Positions 1 to 13,502 of a stretch of 64,000 bases of DNA are shown piece by piece. A model generated the notes under the pieces. It had not been told where the DNA came from. It ran no database searches and saw only the letters and a list, made by a program, of their open reading frames with translations. Each line of letters starts with the position of its first letter. Position 1 is the first letter of the stretch. A program made the translations under genes and the position numbers. The stretch comes from Lepidodermella squamata (Eukaryota > Animalia > Gastrotricha), in contig JBLDXI010000034.1 in NCBI GenBank assembly GCA_047495785.1, positions 496,001 to 560,000 on the forward strand. The letters are read 5' to 3'.

Positions 1-2087
1 ACCATTTTGAGCCTGATTTTCGTAAAATTACTTCAAGTATTTATGTGGAAGTATTTATATGAATAAATTCCTTTTATTATTGAGACGTCCCATTCGTTGA
101 ATGGATGGGCCGAAGCCGTGGGTCCCGAATGAGCGCTTTATATGAATAAATGAAGTAGTTTCGATAGTATCTTCATGAGCATTTTGTTGAGTCCTCGCTG
201 CGCTCGGGAACACAGGAAATTCGCTTCGCTCAATCAATAATGATATGGAATACTCGCTACGCTCGAAGGGACTCGCTATGCTCGTATAGCCTCGCTTTGC
301 TCGGCCAAAAACCTTGCCCCGTGATGCTCGCTGCGCTCGCGTTTCACGGCGGGGCAAGGTTTTCGGCGCCCTAATTTCAAAAATTAAAAAATGCACTTTA
401 AATTTTCGAATTATGTGAATTATGTGAATTATGCTAGCTTCCCCTAGGGCTCTACAGGGTGTTTCATAAAAAACCGAACTCCTATAAAAATGTACTGCTG
501 CTGCGCGTTATCGATTATTTTCGCGAGCGCATTTTATTCTCCAAAAATGCACCAAAACCGCACGGTCACCGCAAATTATACGCATTTCTCCGAGAGAAAG
601 CCATGCGGTAGCAGCAACAAAATTCGCGGTGTTTCAGGCACATTTTCAGTTACAGTATGAGTTTTACACGGTGAAAACAAAATTCCTCCGGTGAATTCGC
701 ATATTTTATTACGATCTACATTTTCACCTAAAGTTTATACGAAAATTCGTTAGTGACAAGTTGTTTGCGGCTTCTCTATTACCAAAAATTCTATTTTTGC
801 ATCAAAATCAGCAAATAAACCGCCATTTTTATTGAACGGATGGCCCCTTTCAAACGCAGCGCGACGAAGTCCTGACCGTTCGCGCTCCGGTATCGAGCCC
901 GACTGGGAAGCGGGTCTGCCCGGATCCCAGATTTTGCTTAATGGAATGAATTCAAACAAATACCGCAATAGTGGACAGAGGGGACACAGGCAAGGGCATA
1001 TGTCAATCCGAGTGCGGCGGAGTGAACAATAGGTAGGTAAAAGTGTATTTATGTGCACTTCTAGCTCCGCCGAGCTCGGGCATCGGCATGATACTCAAGC
1101 GAAAAGAGCGATGATCAGTTCCACACTATGGCCAGATTCGGGGGTTCCACACTAGGACAGCCCAAGTACGGCGAGAACCCAACGTTTTCCGCCGCACTCG
1201 AGCCGACACCTCGGCTGGCACGTGGGCAGTCTAACGAGAATTGGTAAAATTCGTTGAATTTACAGTGTCGCATACAGGCATGTTCTAGGGAAACCCGAGC
1301 GCGGAGTGGCAAAGCGCCGTTATCCAACCGCACACAGGCCGGCTAAAACGCGAACTGGCCGAAATCGGGCTTTGGATAGGGCCCCAACACCAAACAGCGC
1401 TAAGAGCTTTTCCATCACAGAAAATTGAAGTTGTTCCAATCCAATCCATTCTTTTGGACGGACAAGCCGCCATTCATGTATAACATGCTGGGAGTGGAAG
1501 CTATGACGCGATTGTTATCCGACGACGCTGAATCTAAGATATTATATTTCGAAACTAGGGATTATCAGAAGTATTAACCACCAATGTAGTGCTAAAACAT
1601 GCCAACCAAAGACCAAACAATATGAGGCATAAGGCATATTTGGTTATAAAACAATGGTCAGAGTTTTTGTCGGAACGGTTCGGTCAGAACGCGCACGAGT
1701 CTACTGTGAGAAATGCGGACGCGCACTTCTTATGCATGAAAAGCAATGGGCGAATGCACCAAAGCAATTTATTTCGTTGAGAAAAAGACGAAAGAGCATT
1801 TTCTTTAAGCATAAGCACAATAGCAGCACATCGCGTTGTTGTCGGTCAGTAGTAACAAATTTTCGGCCGATCACTCGTGTCTCAGCGGCGAATTATTACG
1901 CCGCATATGCCCAGTGCACGCGAATCCGCATGGATCCACATTGCTCTCTTTGTGGTATACGATATAGTTTTGGCAGATGTCCGTACTCACGATGTAAAAT
2001 GAAATTGTCCGCAGAGTTTTGTCAAGTTTTTGCTGACAGTTTTTTGTTTGAGCGGAGGGTTTACTATAAGTAGGGCCTTCCCCAGGT

Positions 2088-4089
2088 GGTAGTGCCGCCT
2101 TTCCTCAACATGCTATTTCCTCAACGTATTGTTTACACAACATCTACGCCACTCAACCGCGTGCGCGAGAGAGGCTCGGCCGCGGGCGCGCGACGTGTGC
2201 GCGACGTGTGTCAAGAGGTTGTAAAACAGGTGACATTTACTACCACGTCCGTGACCAAATCACCTTACTTAAGAGTCATTCAGCTACTTAGAACTATTTA
2301 CGGTTGTTGAGATTGTTGAGAGCTAAAATTTCGCGGCAAAACGCCCAAGTCGAAATTATTAACCTAAAACGAGCCCGCGCGCTGATGTCAAAGGAATACT
2401 TTCGATTATCATGACGACTTTTTGACATATATCATATATTGACAAATATAGAATTATCCTCAGAAATATAGGTCGAGTAGAAATATGGCCAATTCGATAT
2501 TTTACGGTATAACATTCGTAAATCGTTTATATGTGAATTTTTGCGATTGCGAATTTTTGCACCTTGATAACTTTTCAACTGTGAGGAATTTAAAGAATAC
2601 ATTTGATACCGTGTACATAATAATAAATAATAATAATGTTTTTATTTATCCTCTTCGGGACTGAGCGTCGTGTACCGTTTCCGGTTTTGAAGAGGGCGAA
2701 GGCAGGCGAAGAATGATCCTCACCCACCCCCACAGTCGAGGATTCTGCTTTTTGTATAGAATTCGTAATTTTCAATCGAGTTAACAACCATGCGCCATTC
2801 ATCTTTTTCAAAAGAAACCGATTCCGCTAGTTGGACATCGGGAATAATTTTGATCTCAAAATCCTTTTCGCCGGGATTTTTTCTATTTTCTCGTTTCTTG
2901 GTGGCTTTATTTTTCTTATCCTTGACCTTATTGTTCTTATTGGTTTTCTGATACCGTACAGCCGAAACTAATGTCAGCCTCAAATAAATTTCAGGGTAAT
3001 AAGGGTGTTTCAAGGGGTATTTAGGACCCTTTTTTCTACGTGAGCCCGTAAACTTTGGTCGTTGGGTCGAGCACTCTAAAGTAATATATTTCATGATTTG
3101 TTATTCGGGCAGTGCGGTATTCGGCTTCAACGAGGAAAGTTTAGCAAATTAGCAGATATGCGCGGTTTTCTGGTTAAAAATGGGGAAGAAATTAATAATA
3201 ATAGGGAAATAAATCTAAATTTTTTTGTGCGCGTGTGATTGTGTGCTGGTTGTGTAACGCGCGCGCCCAACCTCATGCTTTCATTCGACTAATTCGAGTA
3301 GCAGAGCGTAGAGTGTGTGTCTGCGGCAACATTTTGGGGAAGAAGATAGCGAGACCAACAAGGCTGTTGGCAAGGCTAAGGAACACTAGTTAACCACATT
3401 TTCCGCGTAATTGGCGAAAAATCGACTTTATGTCCTTATACGCGTTAATCGCACTCAACGTCCTATCGAATTCATTTACTCGCGTTGTCCCTATTTCAAG
3501 CTAATTTGTATTGACGATAGACGTTAATCCTACTTAATCCCACTTAATCCCACAAAGATGTTGAGCAAAGTACAGGTTGAGTAAATGCGTGTTGTGGAGC
3601 AAATACCGTATTTACTTGAATAAAGGCCGCGGCGATTATTTTCCTAATTTTTCAGAAAAGGTAAAAAAACGCGGCGATTAATCGAGTGCGGTCTTTATTC
3701 GCGTGCGGCCTTTATTTTCCTCTCTTAGCCAAAAAACGATTTTTTTCAAATGTAACTTGTCTATTTCATTATTGTCACTCAATTTCGATTTCATCTTCTT
3801 CGTTTGGATCGGTTTCGGCGTCATTTTTCGCATTTTCTTCGGCGTCGACAAAAAGTATTTGAAAATCGAAAAAAATAATTAAACATTTTCACCTCTCGCG
3901 ATGATGCTGTGCCGCGCGTGTTAGAGCTGCGCTGATTAATCGCATGCGGCCTTTATTTCGATTGTTTTTTTTAAATAACACAATTTTGCGGCGATTATTC
4001 GCGTGCGGCCTTTATTCGGAATGCGGCCTTTATTCAAGTAAATACGGTATATGGTTGAGGAAAGGCGGTTGAGGAAAGGATGGCGAACC
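2088..4089. mobile_element. Non-autonomous DNA transposon with GG..CC ends and 8-bp TSD (MULE/Merlin-like)
   Basis: Direct repeat CCCCAGGT at 2080-2087 and 4090-4097; subterminal inverted CCTTTCCTCAAC repeats. Confidence 0.65.
3606..4047. mobile_element. Tc1/mariner (pogo/Tigger-like) MITE nested in the previous element
   Basis: TIR CCGTATTTACTTGAATAAAGGCCGC, TA flanks, internal GCGGCCTTTATT repeats. Confidence 0.8.
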
Positions 4090-5264
4090 CCCCAGGTCAT
4101 ACGTTGATTATATATTTACCACAGGTAACTGAAGTAGAACTCATTGACCGCTAATAACACGGCGTCCATGCGTGACATCCGTCACTCTGAGCGAATACTT
4201 GACACTGAGTCATGGAAGAATGCCAGTCGAGCTATGCTGATTTCTGTCATATCTACCATAGCCTTTACCAAGCACTGCAGCGTATCGGCAGCGGCATTGT
4301 GTTCTTCTCCCCTTCCGGTTTCTCGATAGAGTGTGTGCCGGCCATGATGCCTCAAAGGCTGTAGCCGAGCCTTCTCAGAGAGATATCCTGGGTTCGATCC
4401 CACGATTTTTGATCAGCCCGACTGGGTAAGGCACTTTAAACACGAGATATGGATGCATTGCCGCAATAGCACGTTCAAGTTAGTGATTGTGCGCGTTCAA
4501 GTTCCTCGGTGACTTTTGCACGGCGCATGCGCATAGCGAGATAAGTACGATCTCAGTTGACAATAATTAAAGAGCGAAGCAGGTTTGGACGGAGTTTACA
4601 AGTTAATTCAAAAGAGAGAATCAGAGACAATCAATATTCGGCCGTAACCCTTATTTCTTCCTTAGTCGAATATTTCACTGTCGTTTTGCCGTTGATCCAC
4701 TTTCAGTTTGCCTGAAAAGTCCTGAAAACCTAAGAAACCACACACTATGAGGTTAAACGCCACGAGGAAACTGCAGATAACGTTATTTTTCCACGGTGAA
4801 ACTTGTTCAATTTTCTATGGGAACATTTGCTCAAATTTTCAAAACTTTTCACCGTCGTTTCACCGTTGATGTACTCGCAGTTTACCTTAAAACTGCTAAA
4901 AATATAGGAAATCGCACACTTAAACCCACTCCAAAGCTAAATGGAAGAATGCACGGCAATAGTTTTGACGGCAATGTTAGTCTTTATCATCGAGGATAAT
5001 TTAGGTTAAATTTCACAGAAATTGACCGCAGGTTAACCGTGAATTCACCGTGAACACACCGTAAAATGCCACGTTTTCACCGTAGAAATGCCGCATTCCT
5101 GCCGCTTTTTTCTCCCTGCGACACAGCAAAAAATAACATGGCGCATGGAAAATCGATAACGGCAGTACTTTTCCTATATTATCTATGCATGCTAATATAA
5201 GGCTCATCTCGTACGGTTTTTTATGAAACACCCTGTATGTAGCTAGCAAATTTTCAAATCGCAG

Positions 5265-6982
5265 GATTCGCTAATGGTCAATATCAGCCATGCAAACATA
5301 ATCAAGGTCCTCGGCGTTTTCGAAGGTATGCTACCCAATTGCTGGATCCAACATACTTAATTGTCTGAATAAAGAGGAATATCAAGGTTCTCGCATGAGC
5401 TATTTGGTGATGGAGGTATGCGAGGGTGGAAGTTTCGAAATACTGATCACGAAGGAGACTAGACCCATCCCGGAAATCATGCTTCAAATATGGTCGCGTC
5501 AACTCGTATCAGCTTTGGTTTATCTTCACGGCCGGAGTATCGTTCATCGCAACATAACGACAAGCAACATACTACTTACAGAAGACCGCGGCACAGCGAA
5601 ACTAGCTGATTTGGGAATCATTGAGAAATTAGACATGTAAGATTGAAAAGTAGCGTTCACTCGGTGTCAAGCTTGATTGTCTAATCAGTTGTTCGAAAAT
5701 GACTGCTCTAGCTGAATGGAGGACTTCCCCTCCGGAGGTATGGAACGGTCAACCGAAATCATCTGCAAGTGATGTCTGGTCGCTGGGATTTGCGCTCTTC
5801 AAATTAGCCAACTTCTATGAACCAGTATGAGAATTATTAACCTAAGTTTAGTTTTTTAAAACTCAAATGATTTCCCAGATCGAATCGACATTAGATATCA
5901 CGAGGTAAAGCCGACGAGTTGAATCCAGTGTTCAGTGGTCGCAAGCTAAAATTTTTGATATTTTAGTAACAAACTGAGACAATTTGCCGAGAACCGCGGC
6001 TATTCCATTTCATTCAGCAACTTTGTCATGAAAATGCTCGCCGAGAATCCTAACGATCGACCAAAGTCAGACCATCTTCGCGGCACAATTTATCTGCGGA
6101 TGTCAGCGCCAATGTGGTATAAAAAGGTTCGATTATTTTCCAATTGATCTGAATTTACTCTAATGCATCGTTGCTTCTATTCTCAAGCCAAACCCGCCAA
6201 ACCAGCCAAGCCAGCCAGTCGTTGGAGCCAACCAACAGGATGTTAATAAGGTAGCTGAGAATTATTCCACTATTTATTCAGGCTTTAGTCATTTATGTTG
6301 CTAGGAGCAGCTGTTAGACTGCGTACGCAAGCAGAAAGACCTGTTGAAATTAGCGCAGCTACTGTCGAACACGGATCTCGGTCTTAGCCCAGACTGCAAA
6401 GATGCAGATGAGTGCCCTCTGTTGTATCTTGCTGCTAAGAAAGGCTACAGTGACATTGTGGAAACTCTGGTCAGGCAATTCAAGGCAGATGTTGAAGTTG
6501 TAAACAGAAATGGCGCGACTCCACTGTGGGCCGCCGCCAAGAATGGCCACGTCGAGGTGGTGAAGATGTTGGCTGGCGAGTTCAAGGCCGAAGTTAATTC
6601 TGCCAACAGTGCCCTTGAGACGCCACTGTATGTCGCAGCCAAGAATAACAAACTCGAGGTGGTGACGATGTTGGTTGGCACGTTCAAGGCCGTCGTGAAT
6701 AAGGCCGCAAATGATGGTCGTACGCCACTTTTTATAGCCGCCCAGGAGGGCCACGTCAAGGTGGTAGAAGCACTTGCTGGCCACATAGCCGCCCAGCAGG
6801 GCCACGTCAAGGTGGAAGAGGCACTTGCCTCGGTTAATGATGCAAAGAAAGCATTGACTGAGGCCGCTGATAAGAAACATTTCGATGTTGTCGATATCTT
6901 GTTAACGAAATTTGGAGACAAAATCGATGCCACTGCCAGACACAATGCAATCGAAAAATACTTTTCGGCGATTAATACTTAA
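5265..6982 (+). CDS. Pseudokinase-ankyrin repeat protein, copy 1 (exon 1 lies upstream of the window; about 4 intact ankyrin repeats plus degenerate ones)
   Basis: Exons encode YLVMEVCEGG, VHRNITTSNILL, KLADLG, SPPE, SDVWSLG; ankyrin ORF 6344-6982; GT-AG introns at positions shared with paralogs. Confidence 0.8.
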
Positions 6983-8996
6983 TACTCAGCCATCGGAATA
7001 AATTTGGCGACACTTGCCGGGGTAACGCATAAAATCACGTGCCATCAGAATAAACGCTGGAAATGTTGACAAATGCATACTTCTTTATTATATCCATTAT
7101 TAGTTATGTGAAATGTTTACTCTTAAACATATATTTGTTTGATTTACATTACAAGAAACCATAGATAAAAAATACTGAAGTTATGACACTCGCGCGTGCT
7201 TCCTCTTATGCTTTTTTGCAGTCAAATGCACAATATTGCAATTATTTCACAAATTGATTAAAAATAAAAATCATCCTCTAAAAATTATAGCTCACTACTG
7301 GATTATTTTGACACCCGCTAATATAATTAGCAGGCAGCGATTCCATATGTAATCTAGGGCTATAATTTGGATTTTGTTACTATTTTAGCTCTGTTGCCGC
7401 GAAAAAGCTTGGAAAACCGGCGTGCGACTTGTGTTTTTTTTGCTGAATTTAATTTTTTTCTGATCAATTTTTCGCCCTGGAACTAATGAAAATGCATTGT
7501 TCTCTGTTATTTCTTGCTACAATTTTTGTCCGAACTGAAATGAATTCATACTATTTAGCCTTTACGAGCAATCAATATTGCTCAGCGTTTTACTCTTTTT
7601 TCTTTGTATCATTTCAGCCCATATTTTTGAAGTTGAATGCTGCTATTATGACTGATACCGGGAACATATTATACAAGTATCGGGATGAGTAAATAATCAA
7701 AGAAATCACTTCCTACGATCAGTGATTAGATCCGCGATGAAATTCAGGTTCATGAGTTGATGGGCATGTCTTGAACTTCGGCAAAAAAAACCATGGCCCG
7801 TGCAATGATTTTCGAATTGCCACGGGACAAGCAGGGGTCTGGGAACCCCCGACAAATTTTCGGTTGCAAAACGCTTGTAGAGCAATTAAGTCGAAGTTAT
7901 CCTTCCAGAACCAGGCGACTAAAGATGTGTTCACGCCAAGTGAAACAAATTTGGATAAATATTAGCGAGATCGCAATACTTGGCACGTGAAATCACGCAA
8001 AAAAACCGTAGTGTTGAGACAATTTTGAATGAAAAATATCAACATTTCAGTTTTTCGACGACTAATAACATTCAATTTTCGGAAGCGCGCGCTTAAACTT
8101 TGCCATAAAAGCATACGAAATACGAAATACGAAAAATAAAGGATTATTTTAAAGCTAGCCATAGATTGTTGATTTATTGAGTTGATCAAAAGCCCTGCAA
8201 AAGCGGTTTTAGTGATAAAATAAATTATCTCCTTGCTGAAATTCTCCTAACGAAATTCCGAGCCAATATCAACGCCGTTGATCACAGTAATAAGACAGCT
8301 TTTCATTGGGCCACGAACTGCGATGCGGGTGTTTCCGCTGATGACAAGAACAAAACAATCGTAATACTCGAGCGGGAAAAGTCAAAATAGCCTGCCGTCG
8401 AACATCAATCTAGTGTCTAGTCAGATTTACTCTAAACTTCTCTGGAAACCAAGACTACAACACTTTTCATGTCCTAAATGTGATCCTGTCCTGCAAGTAT
8501 TTGTTGTTTTCCTTATACTTTCGGTTTTTTCTCGGTTTTTTCTCTGCGGAAGTGCGAGACGAATAAACTGTAAACACGTCGCTTAATGTATAACATGCGA
8601 CCTTTAACCAAGACGGCACACGTTACATAGAGATAGAATATCACTTTCAGATACTAGCGAATATTGGCTGGTATGCATAGAGAATAAAATGACCAGAGTA
8701 AGCACTCGAGCTAAAATTTTGATCACCATTATTATAGAAGTGCGTTCTCAAAACGGATATCTCCGTTTTTCACCAAATTTTTCATGCCTATGGAACGCGA
8801 GCTGCTCTTTCACGTGGTATACGATTTGAGGTTGGCAATTGCCGCTCAGTCTTGATCTCCTCAAAATAAATGAAACCATGGCGAACAACGGTTGGGTTGC
8901 CCACCTCAAATCTTATACCACGTGAAAGTAAACTTTTCCATGTCGTTTGAATTGCTGCTTGAAGATTGATTCATCGTACCTTTTACCTATTCTTCA

Positions 8997-9440
8997 GCCA
9001 GACCAAACAGTTGTCGAACCCAACCAAGAGGCTGTTAAGGTAGCTTCAAACTATTTTTACATCTGATTCAGAGGTTAGTTATTCGAATTGCCAGGAGATA
9101 GTTGACTGCATATGCCGGAGAAAAAACGTCTTGAAATTGGCGCAGCTACTGTCGAACAGGGATCTCGGTCCTCTGTTGTATCTTGCGGCTGAGAAAGGCT
9201 ACAGTGACATTGTTGAAACTTTGGTCAGGCAATTTGATGCAGACGTTGATGATCGTAGTGCAATGGAAAAACGCCACTGTCGATCGCCGCTTTCAATCGC
9301 GATGTTGGGATGGTGAGGGTGTTGGCTGGCGAGTTCAGCGCCGATGTAATTCCGCCACCAATGATTGCGTTACGCCGCTGTGGACTGCTGCCGAGATGGC
9401 GCGGATTTTAGCTGGCGAGTTAAAGGCCGATGTTATATAG
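8997..9440 (+). pseudogene. Ankyrin-half remnant of the pseudokinase-ankyrin family
   Basis: Linker exon plus LKLAQLLSNRDLG..LLYLAAEKGYSDIVETL, followed by frameshifts and deletions. Confidence 0.8.
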
Positions 9441-10565
9441 ATATTAGAATATCTAGAATATATAGAAATTAGAAGAAGGCTCACCACCACAGCGTAACAG
9501 AAATAACCAAAGTGCAACACAAAATTTAATATTTTGCAGCACACATTTTTGCAACACACGACCTTGTTTTTGGCATTAGTGAAACAAGTAAAATTCAGGC
9601 ATACCAATAGATGTTATCGGGGGCGCGGAATACGACCGTGGTAATTGTTTGAATGTCAGGGATGTTGGTACCGGGTAAACCGGGTAAAAATTGAAAATTG
9701 AGAAGAAATCGGAATTTATGAGCAGAAAATTTAAGAAATTTGAATTTTTCTAAAGTTCAATACAATTTTTAAATTTGAAGAAATAAATTTTGTTCCTATT
9801 GTAACAGACGGAAAATTTCAACATTTTTCGGCGATCTCTCAAATCTGCTCACTGCTTCGTTAGCCTGGTGAGCCGATATCGATTTTCGTTATCAATTTTA
9901 CGAAAATCAGTGATTTTTCAGCAGTTCAGGAAGCCAGCATCGAAGACCTTTCAAAACAACTCCAGTTGCCAGGTAGTTAAAATAAATAATACAAAATCTT
10001 ACAGGAAAAAAGGGAGAATCGTTATCGATCTAAATGGGAAAAATCGAATTTGAAAAACCGAAAAAATGGAACACCAATTTAGCGGCGGAAATATTAATGG
10101 CGTTTTAAAATTGTTCGTTTTTTTCCATTTTTTTTTACCATAGAATGCATTATAATCCAGAGTCAAACTTAGCAGTAGTCACCAGGACGGTTATGATATT
10201 GAGAGGAGTGTGATCGTACATAAAAAAAATTTATAAAAACATTATAAAGTTGTTATAAATGCAGTCAGAAAAAAATAAGCGATGCATCTATTTATTACAA
10301 TGAACATACATGACTATGCATATAGGCAATAAATAGAGTCCGGTCTAGGGTAGAATGACCAAGTATTCGGAATGTTAAATAAATGCATAGAATTTTCGCC
10401 CCTTACAATCAGATACAGCTACTTTCATTTTACTCACCTCAAAATTCCCTTTGGCAATTTGGAAAACTTGTAAATTGTATTGGCAATAATTGCTAAAAAC
10501 AATTTATCGAATAGCACATCTCTCATTTTATTTCTCAGGCTAGACAATCTTTTCACTGTTAAAGC

Positions 10566-11372
10566 TCAAATGTGTGGCCATGTTTTGACGATACCCACTG
10601 CAGCCTCATAGTCTTTATCGGCCATCGCAATAATTTTCGTTGCGATTTGATTAACCGAATCGTAAGAACGATTTAGGCACTGAGGAAAATCAGGCCATAG
10701 TTCTTTTTTGAACAGGAGTATGTTGCTCAGACTTGGGGATCTCTTGGCAGTTTCGTCGCCGACGAGAAAGAATATATACTTGAGGATCATAAGAAGTTCG
10801 CTTCGGCGGTACCAGTTCCTTTTGATCGGAAAAGCCGCCATGACGCGCTTGATCTCTTCGAATGAGGGTCCTTCGTCATTAAATTTAACCATCTTCTTTC
10901 CCTTATCGCTATTCTTGTCATTCTTGCCCTGGCACGCATTCTTCTTCTTATTTTTCTTCTTCTTCTTGCTCTGAGCATCTTTATCTGCAGCCGCGGCTTT
11001 TCCTTTCAGCTCATCGCGATCGTCAATTTCCTTCTTCTTAGTCTCTTCGGTTTCGGTCTTTTTCGCTGCGTCTTTGTCCACCTCTTCCTCCACGCTATCA
11101 TTCTCTTCTTCCTCTTCTTCGTCTTCGCCATCTTCTTCTTCCTCCTCGCCTTCTTCATCTTCATCTTCATATTCTTCATCGCCATCTTCATATTCTTCAT
11201 TATCATCTTCCTACTGCTGAGCAAAATTTTTTATCTTCGAATTTCCGTTCGCGGCACATGCGGAAGCTCCAACCGAATTATTCGCCCTAGTCACCCTCTT
11301 AGCTTTCTTATCTTCTGTTTCAGACCTGCTTCCCTCATCCGCTTTTCTCTTAGCGCCGCTACCACCGGCCAT
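10566..11372 (-). pseudogene. Acidic/lysine-rich third ORF of the PIF element, with one in-frame TAG
   Basis: ATG at 11372 (MAGGSGAKRK...) is in frame with ORF 10566..11093; TAG at 11213-11211 sits at the start of a poly-Glu tract. Confidence 0.55.
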
Positions 11373-11593
11373 TTGATGAAATTGTTTAAAATCGTCGAAT
11401 GTAAATGCCTAAAAACAAAACCTGTGCATTAGTAACGCGTAATACGATAGAGGAGATCACTGGAATAGCAAAAACAGCGGAAACAGCAATAACAACAATT
11501 ACCCAAATGACAGGAATGACTAGGATGACTAGGATGGCTGGGTGATGACCAGCATAATTTTATTCATCGAAAAATATTCTTCACACTATTTAT

Positions 11594-12679
11594 TCATTTT
11601 TTTTCAAATAAAGAAATCAATTTTTTGCGCAGCGCAAATCCAGCATTGTCTCCGCTATCGCTAGTCGTTTGCTGCAAGTTTCCCGCTCTCGATTCGCTAA
11701 CTCCAATTTTATATGAACGAATGTTTATTTCGCCTTTATCGATCGCTATATTGTGTAGAATGCAGCAAGCGACGAAAACGTTAGCGGCATTTCTTATACG
11801 AAGCTGCAGTTTGTGATCGTCGTCGCGGATAATTGCATAGCGCATTTTCAAAATACCAATGATACACTCAATTATTCGACGAAGTCCAAGGAAGCCTTTG
11901 AGAAATCGTTTTTCAGCAGCTGTCTTTGGTTCTTCGATTGGAGTTATCAGGGGTTTCAAGCATGGATAGCCTCCATCCGCTATCATGAACATACCTGGAT
12001 AGTTTTCCTCAACACGCGCAATCAAATCTGTTCCTCGTAACACAGCCGAGTCGTGAACCGAGCCTATGTAAACTTCAATGCGAAAATAATAAACAGATAA
12101 TTCAGAATTAAAAACCTGCAAAACTAGCGCAAACATAGCGAATTTTGTAGTTGATATCGCCAAACACAAGACAATTAATGCTGTACATATCTGGACAACA
12201 TTCAAATGTCTCAATTCAAAAGAAAGTTCGAACCTACTGTATCTACTGCACCAAAATGATCCCGGGTCAGGGACGCATTTTCCAGGACGCCTTATTTTTA
12301 AGTGTGTTCCATCAACGATACCTATTATTCCAGGTATCGAAATCCTGTTGAAAGCTTCATCCGCCAAAAAGCTAGCTTCTGACAGACTAGGCAGCTTGAT
12401 GTTATCCTTCAATTGGCGAACGATTGCATCAACAACCACATTCACAACTTTACAGACAGTGGTGCGATGGAGGCCCAACTTGTCCCCATGGCATCTTTGA
12501 GATGGCGCGCACGTCAAGTATCCCAAACCAGCCAAAAAGACTTGCATGCTGCTCAGGGCGTGATTGCGGCGGGTTTTCCGTGGCTCGATAAATGGGCGCA
12601 ATTTTTCTTCCAATTCGACAACAGTTTGTTTGGAAAACTTATACCTTGCGAAGAATTCATCATTGTCCCATTTTGACAA
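11594..12679 (-). CDS. PIF/Harbinger DDE transposase (HARBI1-like), with introns
   Basis: F-R-Y-K-FSK, GIVDGTH, GSVHDS, ADGGYP, RRIIECIIGILKMR, ACCILHN motifs. Confidence 0.9.
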   Translation of the reverse strand: MSKWDNDEFFARYKFSKQTVVELEEKLRPFIEPRKTRRNHALSSMQVFLAGLGYLTCAPSQRCHGDKLGLHRTTVCKVVNVVVDAIVRQLKDNIKLPSLSEASFLADEAFNRISIPGIIGIVDGTHLKIRRPGKCVPDPGSFWCSRYSRFELSFELRHLNVVQICTALIVLCLAISTTKFAMFALVLQVFNSELSVYYFRIEVYIGSVHDSAVLRGTDLIARVEENYPGMFMIADGGYPCLKPLITPIEEPKTAAEKRFLKGFLGLRRIIECIIGILKMRYAIIRDDDHKLQLRIRNAANVFVACCILHNIAIDKGEINIRSYKIGVSESRAGNLQQTTSDSGDNAGFALRKKLISLFEKK

Positions 12680-12803
12680 TTCATCTGAGCGTAGGCGAAA
12701 AACTCTTTCCTTTTAAAGACATCTATCAACCGCGAGAAAATCATAATAACTTCGAATCATCTAATGAGAAAAAATGAAATGTAGAAAAAAGTAGTCAGCT
12801 TTA

Positions 12804-13502
12804 TTAATTCAGATTGGCCCGTGACTCGCACATTTGTTTGGCAGCTTCAGCTACGGTAATAGCTGCATTTTTGACTGCCTCCCACGCTTCTTTTTCCATC
12901 TTCAAAACCTCTAGTCGTAGCTCGTGCAAGACATCAATGTTGCTCTTTTTACGCATCAAAGGAATGGGCTCGACTTGAACATTTAGCGCATTGCTATCAT
13001 GAACTCCTGAAATAGGCATGGCTGTTGACGGTTCATGCTCCAACACCATTGACGCAAATGGAGACAATGTGCCGACATCAACATTCCCGGACACAGCTCG
13101 TTTCGCGTTGTAGCGGGCTATCTCTGCTTTAGCTGACATTCTTACACTGACATTCTTACACTGATTAAACTTACTCGAAATTTGTTTTATAGATCGCTGA
13201 TCGACAGCTTCTAGGTTGAAAATGTCCTTCAACTGTTCCATGGCTAGGCCACGATCGCGGATGGCAGATGGATCCTTTGAACAAAGCACTGCCATGAAGC
13301 TATCACCGATCTGATCGCTGTAGGGCAGTTTTAATACGCTGACAAGGGTGGACACGTCGGTGGGTGACCAATTTTTGCCTCGTGATCTTTTCGAGGATTG
13401 CGATTTCGAATCGGCAGCTGAGGACGATGAAGAGGAAGAAGAGCTTGATGAGCTCGAAGGACTCCGGCGGCTCCTCTTTTTGCCTTTCTTACCTTTACTC
13501 AT
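12804..13502 (-). CDS. PIF accessory Myb/SANT-like DNA-binding protein
   Basis: RGKNWSPTDVSTLV...RSIKQISSKFN plus a C-terminal coiled coil; located inside the PIF TIRs. Confidence 0.75.
   Translation of the reverse strand: MSKGKKGKKRSRRSPSSSSSSSSSSSSSAADSKSQSSKRSRGKNWSPTDVSTLVSVLKLPYSDQIGDSFMAVLCSKDPSAIRDRGLAMEQLKDIFNLEAVDQRSIKQISSKFNQCKNVSVRMSAKAEIARYNAKRAVSGNVDVGTLSPFASMVLEHEPSTAMPISGVHDSNALNVQVEPIPLMRKKSNIDVLHELRLEVLKMEKEAWEAVKNAAITVAEAAKQMCESRANLN

Larger units (their letters stand above)
455..5235. mobile_element. Tc1/mariner-type non-autonomous element with nested insertions, in intron 1 of pseudokinase-ankyrin copy 1
   Basis: TIR CAGGGTGTTTCATAAAAAACCG at 455 and its reverse complement ending at 5235, flanked by TA on both sides; no transposase ORF. 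Confidence 0.75.
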
